DNA from: Lytechinus pictus
Taxonomy: Eukaryota
Length of the DNA stretch: 64,000 nt
Assembly (NCBI RefSeq): GCF_037042905.1
Contig: NC_087252.1
Location: forward strand, 11,224,001 to 11,288,000
Reading direction: 5' to 3'
Shown: positions 36,401 through 49,346 of the stretch, in pieces
How positions within the stretch are numbered: the stretch's first letter is position 1
How the letters are laid out: every line of letters starts with the position of its first letter
The notes under the pieces: generated by a model
What the model was told of the DNA's origin: nothing
Databases searched by the model: none
Seen by the model: the letters and a program-made list of their open reading frames with translations, nothing else
Made by a program: the position numbers and the translations under genes

Positions 36401-38970
36401 AAATATGACAATAAATCATATAAAATAATCGATGAAAATGAATATCGCATTATTTATGGATGGTTTTTTTTTATATCAAGATAAAGGCGTACATAATAAG
36501 CGTGAACAGTATTATACAATACAATAATTACCTCACGCCAAGATATATATACAGTATATGCAAATCATGTAGTAAAATAACTAGTACATAATATGGGGTT
36601 TTTCACCATACACGACTCCTTCATGACGTATTTTATTTTTTCTTATTTTGTACTTACTTTGTTGATTTTTTATTACATTGAAATATACAATCAATCAATC
36701 ATAGCGTCATGATCATATGGTTATATAAGGCCATATAACGTTTTCCACCAATTATTGCAACTTAAATCACCTGGTCCTCAGCTCAGTCTACAAGCTTGCT
36801 TTTATGCAGGTCCCATCATATTTCTTTGACTTAAATCAAGCTATAAATATACTTGAATGATTGGATCATGTTACTTTTTATTTGTCTGTAATTTCATGAT
36901 GTATTACTGTTGTTGCATTCTTTTATGTGAAATAAAAATTTAATATTTCAAATTGATGAAGCAACATATAGTTTACGCGACTATAGTATCAAAATATTAC
37001 ACCATCCTTCATCTCAAATTGCACATGAAAAATCACAAATTGCGCACCCATCGAATATTCCCGCCCTCACACTCCTGTGATTCTGTTGAATCGACTGTGT
37101 CGACGTTTTTATATACTTGTATATATATATTTACCATAACATTTACTATATCTTTAGAAATATAAATACTACCATGACAAATTTGGTATCAAATGACAGA
37201 TATGATTGGGATGCCGTTGGGATTAAAGTATATTTTACGTGGGATTTTCTTTTGAGAAAAAAAGTAATATTCATGCCAAATGTATTCTATTGTTTGTTAT
37301 TATATTTCCAAACATTGTTTTATAGAAATATATAAATGTCAAATCTATGATTTATATTACATTTTCTATCATGATATATGTCAGCACTAAACATAAAATG
37401 TAATCTGAAATGTTTGTGTTGAGAAGTAACTAGCACAAATATGAAATGTTTTTGTCAATTTTTTTTATTTGTCTGAAATATAAAAAAAAATTGGGAAAAA
37501 ATAACACCTAAATACTTTTCAGCTCCTGATGACAAAAGCAATGTTATGAAAGGGCATGCCATACCCATTTGATTGATATCAAATTCGTCATGATAGCCCA
37601 AATATTTTCTTAGATACAGTAAATTTTATAATGTTTGGCAAGTGTCAACTTTTCTTTGAATTTCCTGGGTGTATGTAATTTTCTGGCCTCAACTGCATAT
37701 ACATGTAAGTATTTTCTTTTCTAGTTTTTTTAGATTTCCATGTATTTTATTTAGCCTGTAATTTTCTTATATCATATTCTACCCCTTCCCCCCCCCCCCT
37801 CCCTCTAGGGCTATTATAAAATGTTGATACGAAACTGAAATAAATGTATGCATTGTACACCGATGTGCACACAAACAAGTTACTTCCGAATGCAGATGCA
37901 GAAAGAGGCTAATGGGTGGTGGTGGGTGGGGTTGGGGATGGTGGAGGGGGTTGTTGGGGAGGGGGGAGGGCGGGGGAGGAAGAACTCAAGGGGAAAGGTA
38001 TATCCAGCTTTAGGGGGGAAGGGATCCTTGAAAATGACAAACACCTGAAAAATCGTCACCATTAGGAATTTAAACCCCTAAAAAATGCAAAGCCCATATT
38101 TTGGTGAGGGGGGGGGGGGCTTCTGCAAGGGGGCTTGAGGATTGTCGACGTCGGACATTTCAATGCAATTGAAATTACCTATATCATGGGCAGCATGGGG
38201 ATACTATACTGACCATGTAGATAGGATTTGGTGTCTGTAATTATCATCCAATCTCCCTTGTCCCCTGCCAAAAAAAACCCTATTTGTTTCAATATAATAT
38301 ATTATGCGAGTGATTGTAGCGACTGAGCAGTCGTAAAATAAAATTCCGGTTTTTTTCCCCCTTACAAATGAAATTGGCGCAATCGTTGCATAATTGCAGG
38401 CCTAATTTGATTTCACTGTGTTCATTATCTTTAGGCCGCTCCGTTTTTTTTCCTAATTACATGCACTAAATTATGTCCTTTACCAGGAAAGTGACTCCAT
38501 ACTGGCAATTGTTACATGATGAACGGCAGGATTATACCGCCATTTCTATTTCCTTTGGTTCGTGTTTGATTATGAGGCCAGTCTATTTTCTCGTTTGTAC
38601 TTGGTCAACTAGCAGATGGCCTAGTCCCCATATCACCTAACACCGTCATGGTTAATCCACCTGGTCTCCCATCAATTTGGTCTAATTATCATTTGGTCCA
38701 ACTACCATTCGGTCTAATATTCACTTGGTCTGATTAATATTCAGTCTAATGCCCGAATAGTCTACCTTTTATTTTGCAATTAATTTTCAAATTAAAATTT
38801 TGTTCATGAACAGTTCGATCATCTTTTGATGATCATGATGTGTTGAGCCAACTGGATAATAGCCCCCACCCCCGGGTTTAAATGGCGCCCAAACGGCATT
38901 TTGACCAAATGGTTAGTATTGCAAACTTTTGTAGACAACCTAGGATTAGACCATGTGGGTTAAGACCGAA

Positions 38971-39888
38971 TATGAGACGCCGTTTGTACCAATATTATAT
39001 AGAATAATTATTTGTTATATAATCATTATTTATTAAATAAAAACATTTATATATAATTTACATTAAATTTGTAAATAACTACTATTATATAAAATGGCAT
39101 TTCTTATTATTTGTATATAATTCCAAGTCGTACTTCGTTATTTGTAAATAATAAATACATGTAGTTCGACATTTCATTATTTATAAATAATGATTATTTG
39201 TTTGTCATTATTTATACATAATACACTTTTGATGAATAATGGCGCACGCGAAAAAAATATTTATAAATAATGAAGCAGACGTTTTCATTATTTAACAAAT
39301 AATGATTATTTATGAATAATGGGAAACTCAACAAATTATTTATAAATAAAGAAATGAACACTGGCATTAGTAATAAATAATTATTATTTACAAATAATAG
39401 ACATGATAGAAAACTAGACAAACTTATTTATAAATAATGGAAACCGAAAATCATTATTTATAAAAAAATTGAAAATTGAATCGAAATTATTCATAAATAA
39501 AGAAGTATGCAATGCCATTATTTATAAATAATTCGGGGATTAGATATCATTATTTATAAATAATGGAAAAATGAATTGCAATTATTTATAAATAATGAAG
39601 TATGTAGTGTCATTATTTACAAATTATGAAAAACAAAAAATCATTTATAAATAATGAAAAACAAATAATCATTATTTATAAATAATGGAATGTCGAACTA
39701 TTTATTATTTACAAATAACGAAGTACGACTTGGAATTATATATAAATAATAAGAAATGTCATTTTACATAATAGTAATTATTTACAAATAAAATGTAAAT
39801 TATATATAAATAATTATTATTATTTAATTAATAATGATCACATAACAAATAATTGTTCCATATAATATTGGTACAAACGGCGCTCATA
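38971..39888. mobile_element. Non-autonomous IS3EU-type foldback element
   Basis: Termini TATGAG..CTCATA; 6-bp TSD ACCGAA (38965-38970 and 39889-39894); long TIRs built from attatttataaataat motifs. Confidence 0.82.
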
Positions 39889-41054
39889 ACCGAAAGATTA
39901 GAAGACAGAGTGAGTTTAGTCTGTCGACAGCATATATACCTAGTGGTAATTTCTCCTTTTTTTTCGAGAACGAGATTCGCACTAACCGAGATTCTTTTCT
40001 CGAGAATGAGATTCACACCATCTAAGATTAAGTTCGACCTTGAAGTTCGAAATCCGAATTTGGAATTTTTGCAGCTACCTCTGGGAGAGGCTCCCATCCT
40101 TCTCTTTTTCCTCTTCTCTTGCTACGCCCTTTCATCTCATTTCGACACTCTTTTCCAAAACATTCATCAACGGAGCAGTACATATCCCATCAATAACCCC
40201 AGGGGGCGGATCCAGAATATATCAGATGGAGGTTGGGGCTTCGAAAATGTGGGGGGGGGGGGGGTTCTAGAGCTCAAACATCCCCCAATCCGCTACCACC
40301 TGACGCCAGAAGATCCCTAAATGACAGGTTTTCCATGGCGTGCAAATATCAGAGAATCATTCTGATTGGTTCCTGGTTGGTATTTTCATCAGAATGTTTC
40401 TGCTACAAAGATTCTGATTGGTCATTGTAATTAACATGATCAAAGCGATTGATTGCATACTTTTGTACTACGGGGTCCAGATCATTCCATAAACATCAAC
40501 GGATGTGTTCACAAATCTTCCCATCGCGTATTGCAGTCTTGTCAGTGACTTTCACTCACCAATTTGCTCTCAGCCAATCACATGCAAGGATTTCGGTAGC
40601 TGAAGACAGTTGTTTCTGAAAATCACGGACAAGCTCATTCCGTGGAAACTCCCTTGACAATGGTCCTCAATGAGGACTCCTCATCATTTCTAGGCGTTGA
40701 AGGGACCCGATTAGACTCATTCGTGCCAGCAGACGACACCTGATCTAAATTGCTCATCCGCTTCAATTTATCAAACCTATATTATTAGTCTAGGAAATAG
40801 GGGGCTTTAATCAGAATTTTTGGTGGGGGAAGGTTTGGAGAGCTTAAAGTAACCTTTAGACCTTACTATGATCATGATGATACAAGATATCACTGCATGG
40901 GAGTGACTTTGTAAGGTTGACCCTCGGGCCTCGCCCCCACCCCCAACTCCAGCCAACGAGCATGATATTCGAACATGAGACGGAGAGATTTGAAGAAGTT
41001 CATCCATCATTACTCAAAATGCGGCAGATCACAGATCGAGTAGACAAACATACC

Positions 41055-41581
41055 GCGCCCCGTCGTACGAAGAGTTATATCTGTTCAACATCAATTTTAT
41101 GGAAATCCGTCAGTGTCGATATTTTTTAAAGGAAATCTGTACAATATTCATTGTAAACAAAGAGGAGCACGCCAAATATTCTAGAAAACGATGAATGTAT
41201 GAATAAACATCATTTCTAAAAAATGTATTTTTTGAGAAGGACAAAACAATATTTTAGATATTGACGTTGCTGGCTTTCCATAGTTGTGGTTGAGCAGATC
41301 AATCGCAACTCTTTGTAGGACTGGGTCCTGTTCAACCTCAACTTTATGGAAATCCGTCTATATCGTATTGTTTTTCTCCAGGAGATTTGTACAATGTCCT
41401 TTGTAAACAAAAAGAAGCACACTGAATATTCTATAAAACGATGAATGAATATACGTAATATCTAATATATATATATATATTAACAAAAACATGCATATTA
41501 CATGTTGACCATGTTGTCGTTGCTGGCTTTCCTGTGTTGTGGCTGATCAGATCAATCGCAACTCTTTGTAAGACGGGGCCC
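41055..41581. mobile_element. Two tandem copies of a Harbinger-like MITE
   Basis: Duplicated ~270-bp unit; ends gatcaatcgcaactctttgta.gac.ggg.cc at ~41330 and ~41580; inverted gccccgtcgtacgaagagtt at ~41057. Confidence 0.55.
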
Positions 41582-42108
41582 CTGGTGTCAGACATCCATC
41601 TCGCGTTGTGACCGATGTGATTAATTAACTTCGTGAAATTGACTCGGATGCAAAGTCAGACCAACGAAACCGACCGATGGTGTGCGCCATTGGAAATAAC
41701 GTAATAACTTTGATCGGGTTTTGGGGTCTGTTGTGTTGGTGTGCCAGGGCATTAACTGACGCACGAGGCCATCTTTATGATCCAGATAATAATCCTCAGT
41801 TAGACACATGTGCTTCTTCGTAGTCGTATTTTTTATTTTATTTATTTAATCATCTTCTCCCTTTTTTTGGGGGGGGGGGTGCACTTCGGACTGTTCTCAA
41901 TTCATGGAAAATCTTAAACGTCACCGTTTGTATTTTACGTATGCCAAAGTGTTTATTTAGGCCTACTTGAAGTTTGAGAATTTTAATTCCCATACAGTTA
42001 TAAACGATATTTATAGAACCATATTTGCTGATAGGTATTTACTCTCCCTTTCTGTGTCACATTTGCTAACCCGTAATTAAGCAGTTTTAGAATCCAGTTT
42101 ATTGTTAA

Positions 42109-42280
42109 AGGGATACTCCGGGCTGTTCAAGATAAATAAAGTAAAATTCAGAGAGCAAAAATAATGCTGGAAATTTCATCAAAATCGGATAACAAATAAC
42201 GAAGTTATTGAATTTTAAAGATTTGCATTATTCCAGCGAAACAGTTTTAGGCAAGTCTTCATGAATATTCATTCAAATGT
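42109..42280 (+). mobile_element. Kolobok-like left end (same family as 510-1107)
   Basis: TTAA|AGGGATACTCCGGGCTG followed by aaatttcatcaaaatcgga...ataacgaagttat. Confidence 0.75.
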
Positions 42281-42900
42281 GCAACTGGGAATTTAAGTTA
42301 TTTAAGTACAACTTAAGTATAACTCCCCTAGTTAATGAAACTTGTAAGAATTCATTGACTTGGCCTTACTTTTTTCGGTTTTTATTATTCCTCTCCATGA
42401 AAGTTTGACTTCATCCCATTGCATCATTTAAATATGAGCCTAAAAGTTGCCCTGGTGTAAAGCTATCAGACCATCTTGATAATGATAAAATACATGTAGT
42501 ACCAAATTATTGCATTGTGTGTTGAAATTAACTGAGAGGTACATGAATAACTTGCATAGAGTATCACAACTCTGTAGATGTATAAGTGAGGTCCAAACAC
42601 TGATTAGATAATTATAAGATAGAGAATTTATGTGCATGGTAAACAGTTTTTACTTACATGTACATGCCATTTCTCTTTTTTAAGATATTTGTTGAAGGAT
42701 CATTTTTACATATATATTTTCACTTGTCTCTGTGAAAAGGTGAAAATATATTTTCATAATTTCTCAACTGAATTTTGAACAATATTTGAATACTAAATAA
42801 TGTACATGTAACTTAGGTATATGAATGCCTCATAAGTTTACATAAGTTGTTCCGGAGCTTAAAATCAGAAAGGTTTTTTTCTTTTTTCATCCTTCCACAG

Positions 42901-43835
42901 AAATTGGTCGCTGACTTCATGGACCTAATAGGTCCACGCTGACTTGGAGCGAGACAACCTGGAAAATGTGGCTGTCATGTGCCTAACAAGGTTTCCAGAT
43001 GCCTATCTTCATGTTGTCTCGTCCATACAAAGCTCAGATAATCCAGCACCAAACCCCGGACCATTGGCAGCGAATAATTTGCATGAAGATGCAGCCAACC
43101 AACCAGCGCCAGACACTGAAGGTGCAGCAAACCCGCCACCACCACAAGATGATAACTTACCATGGTGCCTTTGCGGTCGATGCAGGAACATGCCTACGGA
43201 GGTAGAGAACGTCTAGTGTTGCAGAATACATTTCGAAGATGTCGTGATAAACATGATGTCTTAGCAACGTGTATGGCGGCGAGTAATGACAACTTTCCCA
43301 GGAACATCCCACGCTCAAATGAGAGCTATCGTCACCACGCATACAAGCAACATATATCATTATATGCACCATGGCCATCTTCAAGGGTGCTGACAAAAGA
43401 CGCGTGGTACCCTCATGTGTAAGTCCCCCGGGGGGGGGGGGGGAGCAGTCAAATATATTGCTGCATGTACACACGCGTGACCAAGAAAAACGCGTTAAAG
43501 GGGTGTTTTTTCAGTTTTGGACGCGGGCCGCGCGTCACTCGTTAAGGGTATCAAAAACACCGAATTTAAAAAAAGGAGTGGTTTTGAAAAACTGGTCAAT
43601 CGCAGGGTCAAACGTATTTAGGGTATTTTTTCAAGCTTTTTTATTAAAGACTAGCCAAACGTGTTTAGGGTATGTTTTTTTATCTTCTCCCAAGCCTTTT
43701 TTCCCTGGGGTCATATTCTGACGACAAATTGTTTAAGGGCCAAAATGTGAAAATAAAGCCCGCCCCCCGGGGGTGTAAGTCTGGCGGGTGAGAGGTGTGT
43801 ATCCCAATGCTACGCGACAGTATAAGGGATTCAGT
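42901..43835 (+). pseudogene. P2X7 ballast / KolX / Nanor-like Cys-rich domain pseudogene
   Basis: Acceptor ccttccacag| at 42900. Across frameshifts it reads WCLCGRCRNMPTEVENV*CC, NESYRHHAYKQ, HHGHL, RRVVPSCV and, after a MITE, WRVRGVYPNATRQYKGF. Confidence 0.82.
43426..43772. mobile_element. CCCGGG-ended MITE (MULE-like), reversed and deleted relative to 57590
   Basis: 9-bp TSD GTGTAAGTC (43417-43425 and 43773-43781); the body is the reverse complement of the 57590/63064 copies. Confidence 0.8.
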
Positions 43836-44075
43836 GATGGAATGCACAATTAGATGTAACTTGGGCACAGTTCATAATACTCTATGTAAGATATTCAAAT
43901 TATTTTTGTGTGATTATCTTTCTTTGCACTTCCAACTTGTACTTGCCATTTTATTTAAGTATTCCATGTAAAGTCTTGGTTCGTACATTCCAGGATATTT
44001 ATATCTTTTCTTGCCTTCCATCTTATGTTTTGGTTTGTTAAAAGTTAATTAAAGAGTAAGTATACATGTTTAGTG

Positions 44076-44315
44076 TAGCAGTCTAAGTACATTCTTCGTT
44101 TTACATTATGGAGATGACATTTAAAAAAAAATAGAGTAATGAAGAGAATATTTTTTAGCAGTCTAAGTACATTCTTCGTTTTACATTATGGAGATGACAT
44201 TTAAAAAAAAATAGAGTAATGAAGAGAATATTTTTTAGCAGTCTAAGTACATTCTTCGTTTTACATTATGGAGATGACATTTGAAATAAAAAATTAGAGT
44301 CATGAAGAGAATATT
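44076..44315. repeat. 80-bp tandem repeat x3
   Basis: gtctaagtacattcttcg at 44081, 44161 and 44241. Confidence 0.92.
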
Positions 44316-45056
44316 TTTTTTTTCTTCCTGTACCTTGATTGTCCAACTTTATGCTAAATTTGTTAATGAACGTTTTAACAAAAAAATATTTACTGTCTTG
44401 CCTTATATAATTTATTGCAATCTTATTGATTGATCTTATTGATATAGGTATCTCTGCTCCCTTCATTAACAAAGTTAAGAATACACATGGAACTGCATAA
44501 TTTTATGTCCCCGCAGACGAAGTCCGGAGGGGGCATTAAGCTTTGCCACTGTCCGTCCGCCCCCCCCCCCCCACTTGGAATTCCAGAAATAAATGGATTT
44601 TAAAAGATGAACAGTCAGACAGTGGCTGCTCAGCAAGTGGTTAGCAATAGCCGAACTACTAGTACTACCACCGTCCGTCGCAATACTAGCGGTACGTTTT
44701 CTGCATGCGCGCTGAGGTCGTAGGCGCGCTAATTCGACAATTTCGGATAGAGGCGGGCACATGTTGGCTAATGCTGTCTGCTAAAACGTTGGGTAGTACG
44801 CCCTATGTACCGAGCTCGGTACATCCCTTTTTCTTTGAAACAAGTGTTCCTGTTATATGATTCTAGAAATAGGAACGACCAGCATTTGCAATACTTTGAC
44901 AATTTCCCATAAAGTAACTGCATCATTGGTAAGAAACAAGAAAACAATATTCTCATTTTTACTTATGATGGAAAAAAGTAAGAATAATCCTTACGTTCCA
45001 TGGGTCATGTGAGTAGCCAGTAGGGCAGATAAGTCACCTTTTTTTCTTTGTTTTAA

Positions 45057-45783
45057 CCCTATCTATGCCGGGATATTTAGGGAGATCATATGGCCGGGGG
45101 GGGGGGGTCCCCTCCCCTTGAGATCTCGGCCGTCGATCACGAGATCGCAACGAAAATTAGCGCACAGGTTGTCTAGGACATAATCTACGAAATTGAATCG
45201 TAATTTATTTCATGCGAATTGCTATATAGTGATTATGCTTGTAATCAGTATGCAAAATCACAGTTTTTCCTTTATTCCCTAAATAAACTCAAAATATTCT
45301 AATTTTTGGCATAGAAACTCTTTGTGGTGTTCTTATCAAATGTATGTGAAAAATCGCAATATCAGATAAATTTCCTTTGTAGTTTATTGTAACATTTTTC
45401 AATTTCTTATGTATTCCCCTAGTTTTTGTTTCCTTTTTTTTTCATTGTTTTTTTCGATGAACTTTGTCAGAGGACTCTTTCGAGATCATAAACAACATGA
45501 AATAAAACCAGTAAAACTTTCTTTTGCTGAAAACACAATTTGCATCGACTTTGTACACGAATTCACATTTTTTAGCAATTTTTGGTCTGACATGCACTTC
45601 CAAAATGTTGCCTAATTTTGAAACCGCCAACCCGGGCACCGCAAAATTGGTCTCAAAAGATGTGCAAGACTTAAAAGAAGAGAAGTCGGTGAGCTGTGTG
45701 GTCAAAAAGTCATGCGGCGAACGTATTGCGGGAATCATTAAGAAGGGGGGGCTCGGAGCCGCCCTCCCCCTGCCTAGATAGGG
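45057..45783. mobile_element. Non-autonomous piggyBac element
   Basis: TTAA|CCCTATCTATGCCGGG ... CCCTGCCTAGATAGGG|TTAA. Confidence 0.88.
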
Positions 45784-46417
45784 TTAAGATGCCCTCCCCC
45801 CGCCTATCAACTTCGCTCCGTCGGCCCTGGCACTTGATCGTACAAAATGACTGATCTATTTTTCAGATTGACCCGCATAATCAAATTGTAAATAAAATTC
45901 GTAATCTATACGATATTTATCACACATCATGAAAAACAAAGATGATAATAAACATTTATGATTGAAAAATGACGTAAGGAAGTGTGCATTGCGTTACAAA
46001 GTCAAAATGGAGAATTGGGTCTCGTGTATTCCAAATAAAGGTGACCAAAGATTACGTAGTTGTTTAACCAAATACCTGCATGTGGTATCAGCTAGCAACT
46101 CTTTCATGAGAAAGTCATTAAAACTAAGGTTAATTAGATATCATAAATCCAGATCTGGTTAATTTCTATAAACATAAGAAGTGGCGTACCCGAAAACTCG
46201 CGTCAGGAGGAGGAAAAAATAATCTGACAATTAAAAGACATAAGGGGTCGAACCCACTGCTATTTTAGCGCTTTGGGGAGAAAAAAAAAGGGACGACAGA
46301 ATATTTATGATTGTGCCATGCTCCCCCTTCAAATACGCTGGTAAACCTAACGCTGGGAAATATCTGAACTTAAGATCACTGATAATACACATGTCATGCA
46401 TGTCGGATAGGGTGTTA

Positions 46418-46650
46418 ACCGGGCATGGTGGCTCAGTGGTAGAGCGTCCGCCTCATGAACGGGAGGTCGTTGGTTCAATCCTCGGCCGAGTCACACCAAA
46501 GACTTATAAAAATGGGACATTCTCCTTTCTTGCTTGGCGCTCAGCATTTAGATTGGAGAAGGGTAATAATAACATATTATGTTATGCAGGGTCCGATGGT
46601 AGAGCAGTTTCCTAACTGAAGTGGCTACCCTGGGTAAATAAAACGTTATT
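46418..46650 (+). mobile_element. tRNA-derived SINE of a second superfamily (Meta-domain-like centre, from recall)
   Basis: A box TGGCTCAGTGG, B box GGTTCAATCC; centre gtcacaccaaagacttataaaaatggg...gcttggcgctcagcatt; end ggctaccctgggtaaataaa. Confidence 0.85.
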
Positions 46651-47412
46651 CGAAACCGAGATTTATCATAACTTGATCAGAAATAAAATAGACAAATGAC
46701 CTACCATTGTAAGGCTTAGAATCTCCTCTTTCATCTGAAATTACTTACATTATTTCTCAGTCACGCATGAGTGAGCAAAAACAATTTGAAGAGGGGATAC
46801 CAAAAAGTCATTTGGCGGGCTGTATCTGGGTTTCAAAAAGAAAACCACATTTCTAAAAAGTTCAATATCTGATCTTTAATTTGATACCTCAATTAAAGAA
46901 AATGTTCAAAAAATAAACAAAGTTCTGGTTATTTGAAATAAGGCTTGAATTTCAATCATTTCATAAAATGAAGGGGTTTTACAGGCTAGCGTTCAAACTC
47001 GCTCGACACTCCGTTTTGTTGACGATCATGCGATATCTTCTGTGGGAAACCGGTGAAAACACGTTTATTTAATGAAATTATGGAAATACAAGCATTGTTT
47101 CGAGGGAACATAACTTTTTTACTTCTTGACTATTTTTTGTGATTAAGGTATCAAATAAAAGAGCAGATATTGAACTTTTTGGCATGTGATTTTCTTTCTG
47201 AAATTCAGATATCCCCCCAATGAGTTTTTGATATCCTTTCTTCAAATTGTTTTTGCTCACTCATGCGTGAATGAGGAATAATCTAAGTAATATAAGATGA
47301 AAGAGGAGATTCTAAGCTTTACATTGGTAGGTCATTTGTCTATTTTATTTGTGATTAAGTTATGATAAATCATCGCTTAATCTCGGTTTCGTTTTTTTTT
47401 TGGGACGCACTG
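46651..47412. mobile_element. Tc1/mariner-like MITE with long TIRs; left terminus lost
   Basis: TIRs of >200 bp (cgaaaccgagatt...agacaaatgacctacca / tggtaggtcatttgtct...aatctcggtttcg); right end GGGACGCACTG|TA. Confidence 0.8.
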
Positions 47413-47425
47413 TATATACATATAA

Positions 47426-48019
47426 TGAAGAATTTGTTTGCAAAAGGGGTTAGGTTCACTTCGGACCATTCCCACTTATGGCAATACTCTTATGAGAAAC
47501 TAAACTGTCATGATGTTCTACCCTATCATGTGAACATAAAATATCAGAGCGACTAAAAATATAGAGGTTTTGAGACAGAAAACAATAAAATTTATGAACA
47601 ATGGACCTAACCGCTTTTGACAATTGTTTGCAAAAGGTGTTAGGTCCACTCCAAGAAAATCATTTTTTATTCTCCCATATTGCAATATTCTTATGCGAAA
47701 CTAAATTTTCATGATACCTTACCATGAGAACAAATAATTGGGTATAAAAGAAATCTACCTGTCTTCATATTTTTAAGAATATTCTTTTCCAAAAAAAAAT
47801 TGTGTGGACCTAACCCCTTTTGCAACAAAACTGAAATGGGCCTTACCCCTTTTGAAAAAAAGTGATTTTCCTTTGCCATCTTAGATCATTTTTAATGGGA
47901 ATTTCAACTTTTCTTTGGTATCATATTATAGAGCTACTAAAAATCTATACATTGAAACAAAAAAAAACAAAAAAAATTGATGACAAATGGACCTAACCCC
48001 TTTTGCAAGTGAGCTCTTT
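47426..48019. mobile_element. MITE with repeated ggacctaaccccttttgc motifs
   Basis: TIR tgaagaatttgtttgcaaaaggggttagg / cctaaccccttttgcaagtgagctcttta; an inverted relative lies at 50910-51640. Confidence 0.7.
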
Positions 48020-48040
48020 ATATATATATATATATACATA

Positions 48041-48492
48041 TATGGCTGGAAGGATTATCTTCTCCCAAATGATTATATACAATATTGTGTAACGCTTGGA
48101 CAATCAGTAGATATTATTTGCACTGATATAAATTTTGACCTCCGCCAAAGTAAGGCATGACTGCAACGAATGAATCCAGATGCCAATGTCATATTTCTAC
48201 ATGAGTTAGTAAAAATGTTTGCAATTCCCTTTTCAAGGAAATCAGTTTGACAATTGATACTAAAAGGTGTTTATTAAACACTTATAATGGAAGTTATTGA
48301 AAAGGTGTTTTGAAATTGATTTTAATGCAACCGATGTAGGATTATGACATCATTGACACCTGGATTCATTCACTAGAAGTCATGCCAAACTTTACATCGC
48401 TGCAAAGAATACCCCTGATCATCCAAGCGTTAACACATACCACATAAATATTGTATAAAAACAATTGGGAGAAGACACTCTTTCCAGCCATA
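48041..48492. mobile_element. MITE in (TA)n context
   Basis: TIR tatggctggaagga..tcttctcccaa / ttgggagaagacactctttccagccata. Confidence 0.6.
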
Positions 48493-49346
48493 TATGTATA
48501 GATATGGTATCAAATTATTTGGGAGAACGTACTCTTTCAGGCCATATATAATAATTATGCGTTCATGGCATAATTTTTCCTTAATTACGGGATTTGTGAG
48601 TCGTCATGTTTTGTTTACTCACATGGTAGAAAGAGACCCCACATCTGGCTAAAATACCATCGATATTTGCTCCAAAATCGTTCATTTGCTACCTGAATCA
48701 TTTAACACGAATTCTTTATCTAATAAATATGAACACAAATAGGGTGATTTTATTGGATACTGTCAGAACTTTTTATTCAGATCGTAACAACAAGCGGAAA
48801 GTGTTAGCCTAAAAGAATTTAAATTGACTTATTAGAAAACGAATAAACCATAGGAATATAATTATAAAAATAATGATGTCGATTCGTTGAATAAAGCCTT
48901 GCCCGAGTCTATCATCATTCAGATATATTGTTTCTGTTGACAATATCTGTGAAGACTTCATTTGGTATTGACTTATCATCAGTTCTGTCCCGATTATTTA
49001 CTCATATCCGCGTAATACTTAACTCGTTCGGGCAGAGATTCGGAACACTAATTTTACGAACCATTGCGTTAAGCTTATATACTGTTGATCTAGTAGGTCA
49101 ATGCGTTTTTTTTTCTTTATCTCGTAGGCCTAGTAATTTTCAGTGAATATTTGATATATGAAGGGAAAAAATTAATGGAGGTAATTTATTTTTCGACCTG
49201 GTGATCAAGGGAAATGTAATATATCAATTTTAGGAACGTCTGCAATCGCAGTAAAATGAGCTTTATGTAATAACAGTCAGTATTTCGCATACAGTATACA
49301 TCAGGGTGGATGGGGGGGGGGGGGCTCGCCCAAATATTTATCTGAT

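Noticed and set aside
36982..38208. Possible transposon with TAGTATC..GATACTA ends
   Set aside because: The TIR is too short and there is no convincing TSD.
39853..40320. 155-aa ORF
   Set aside because: Starts inside a transposon TIR, crosses a G-run, and has no domain signature.
44640..44830. CpG-rich promoter-like patch
   Set aside because: No linked gene or defined motif; composition alone is insufficient.
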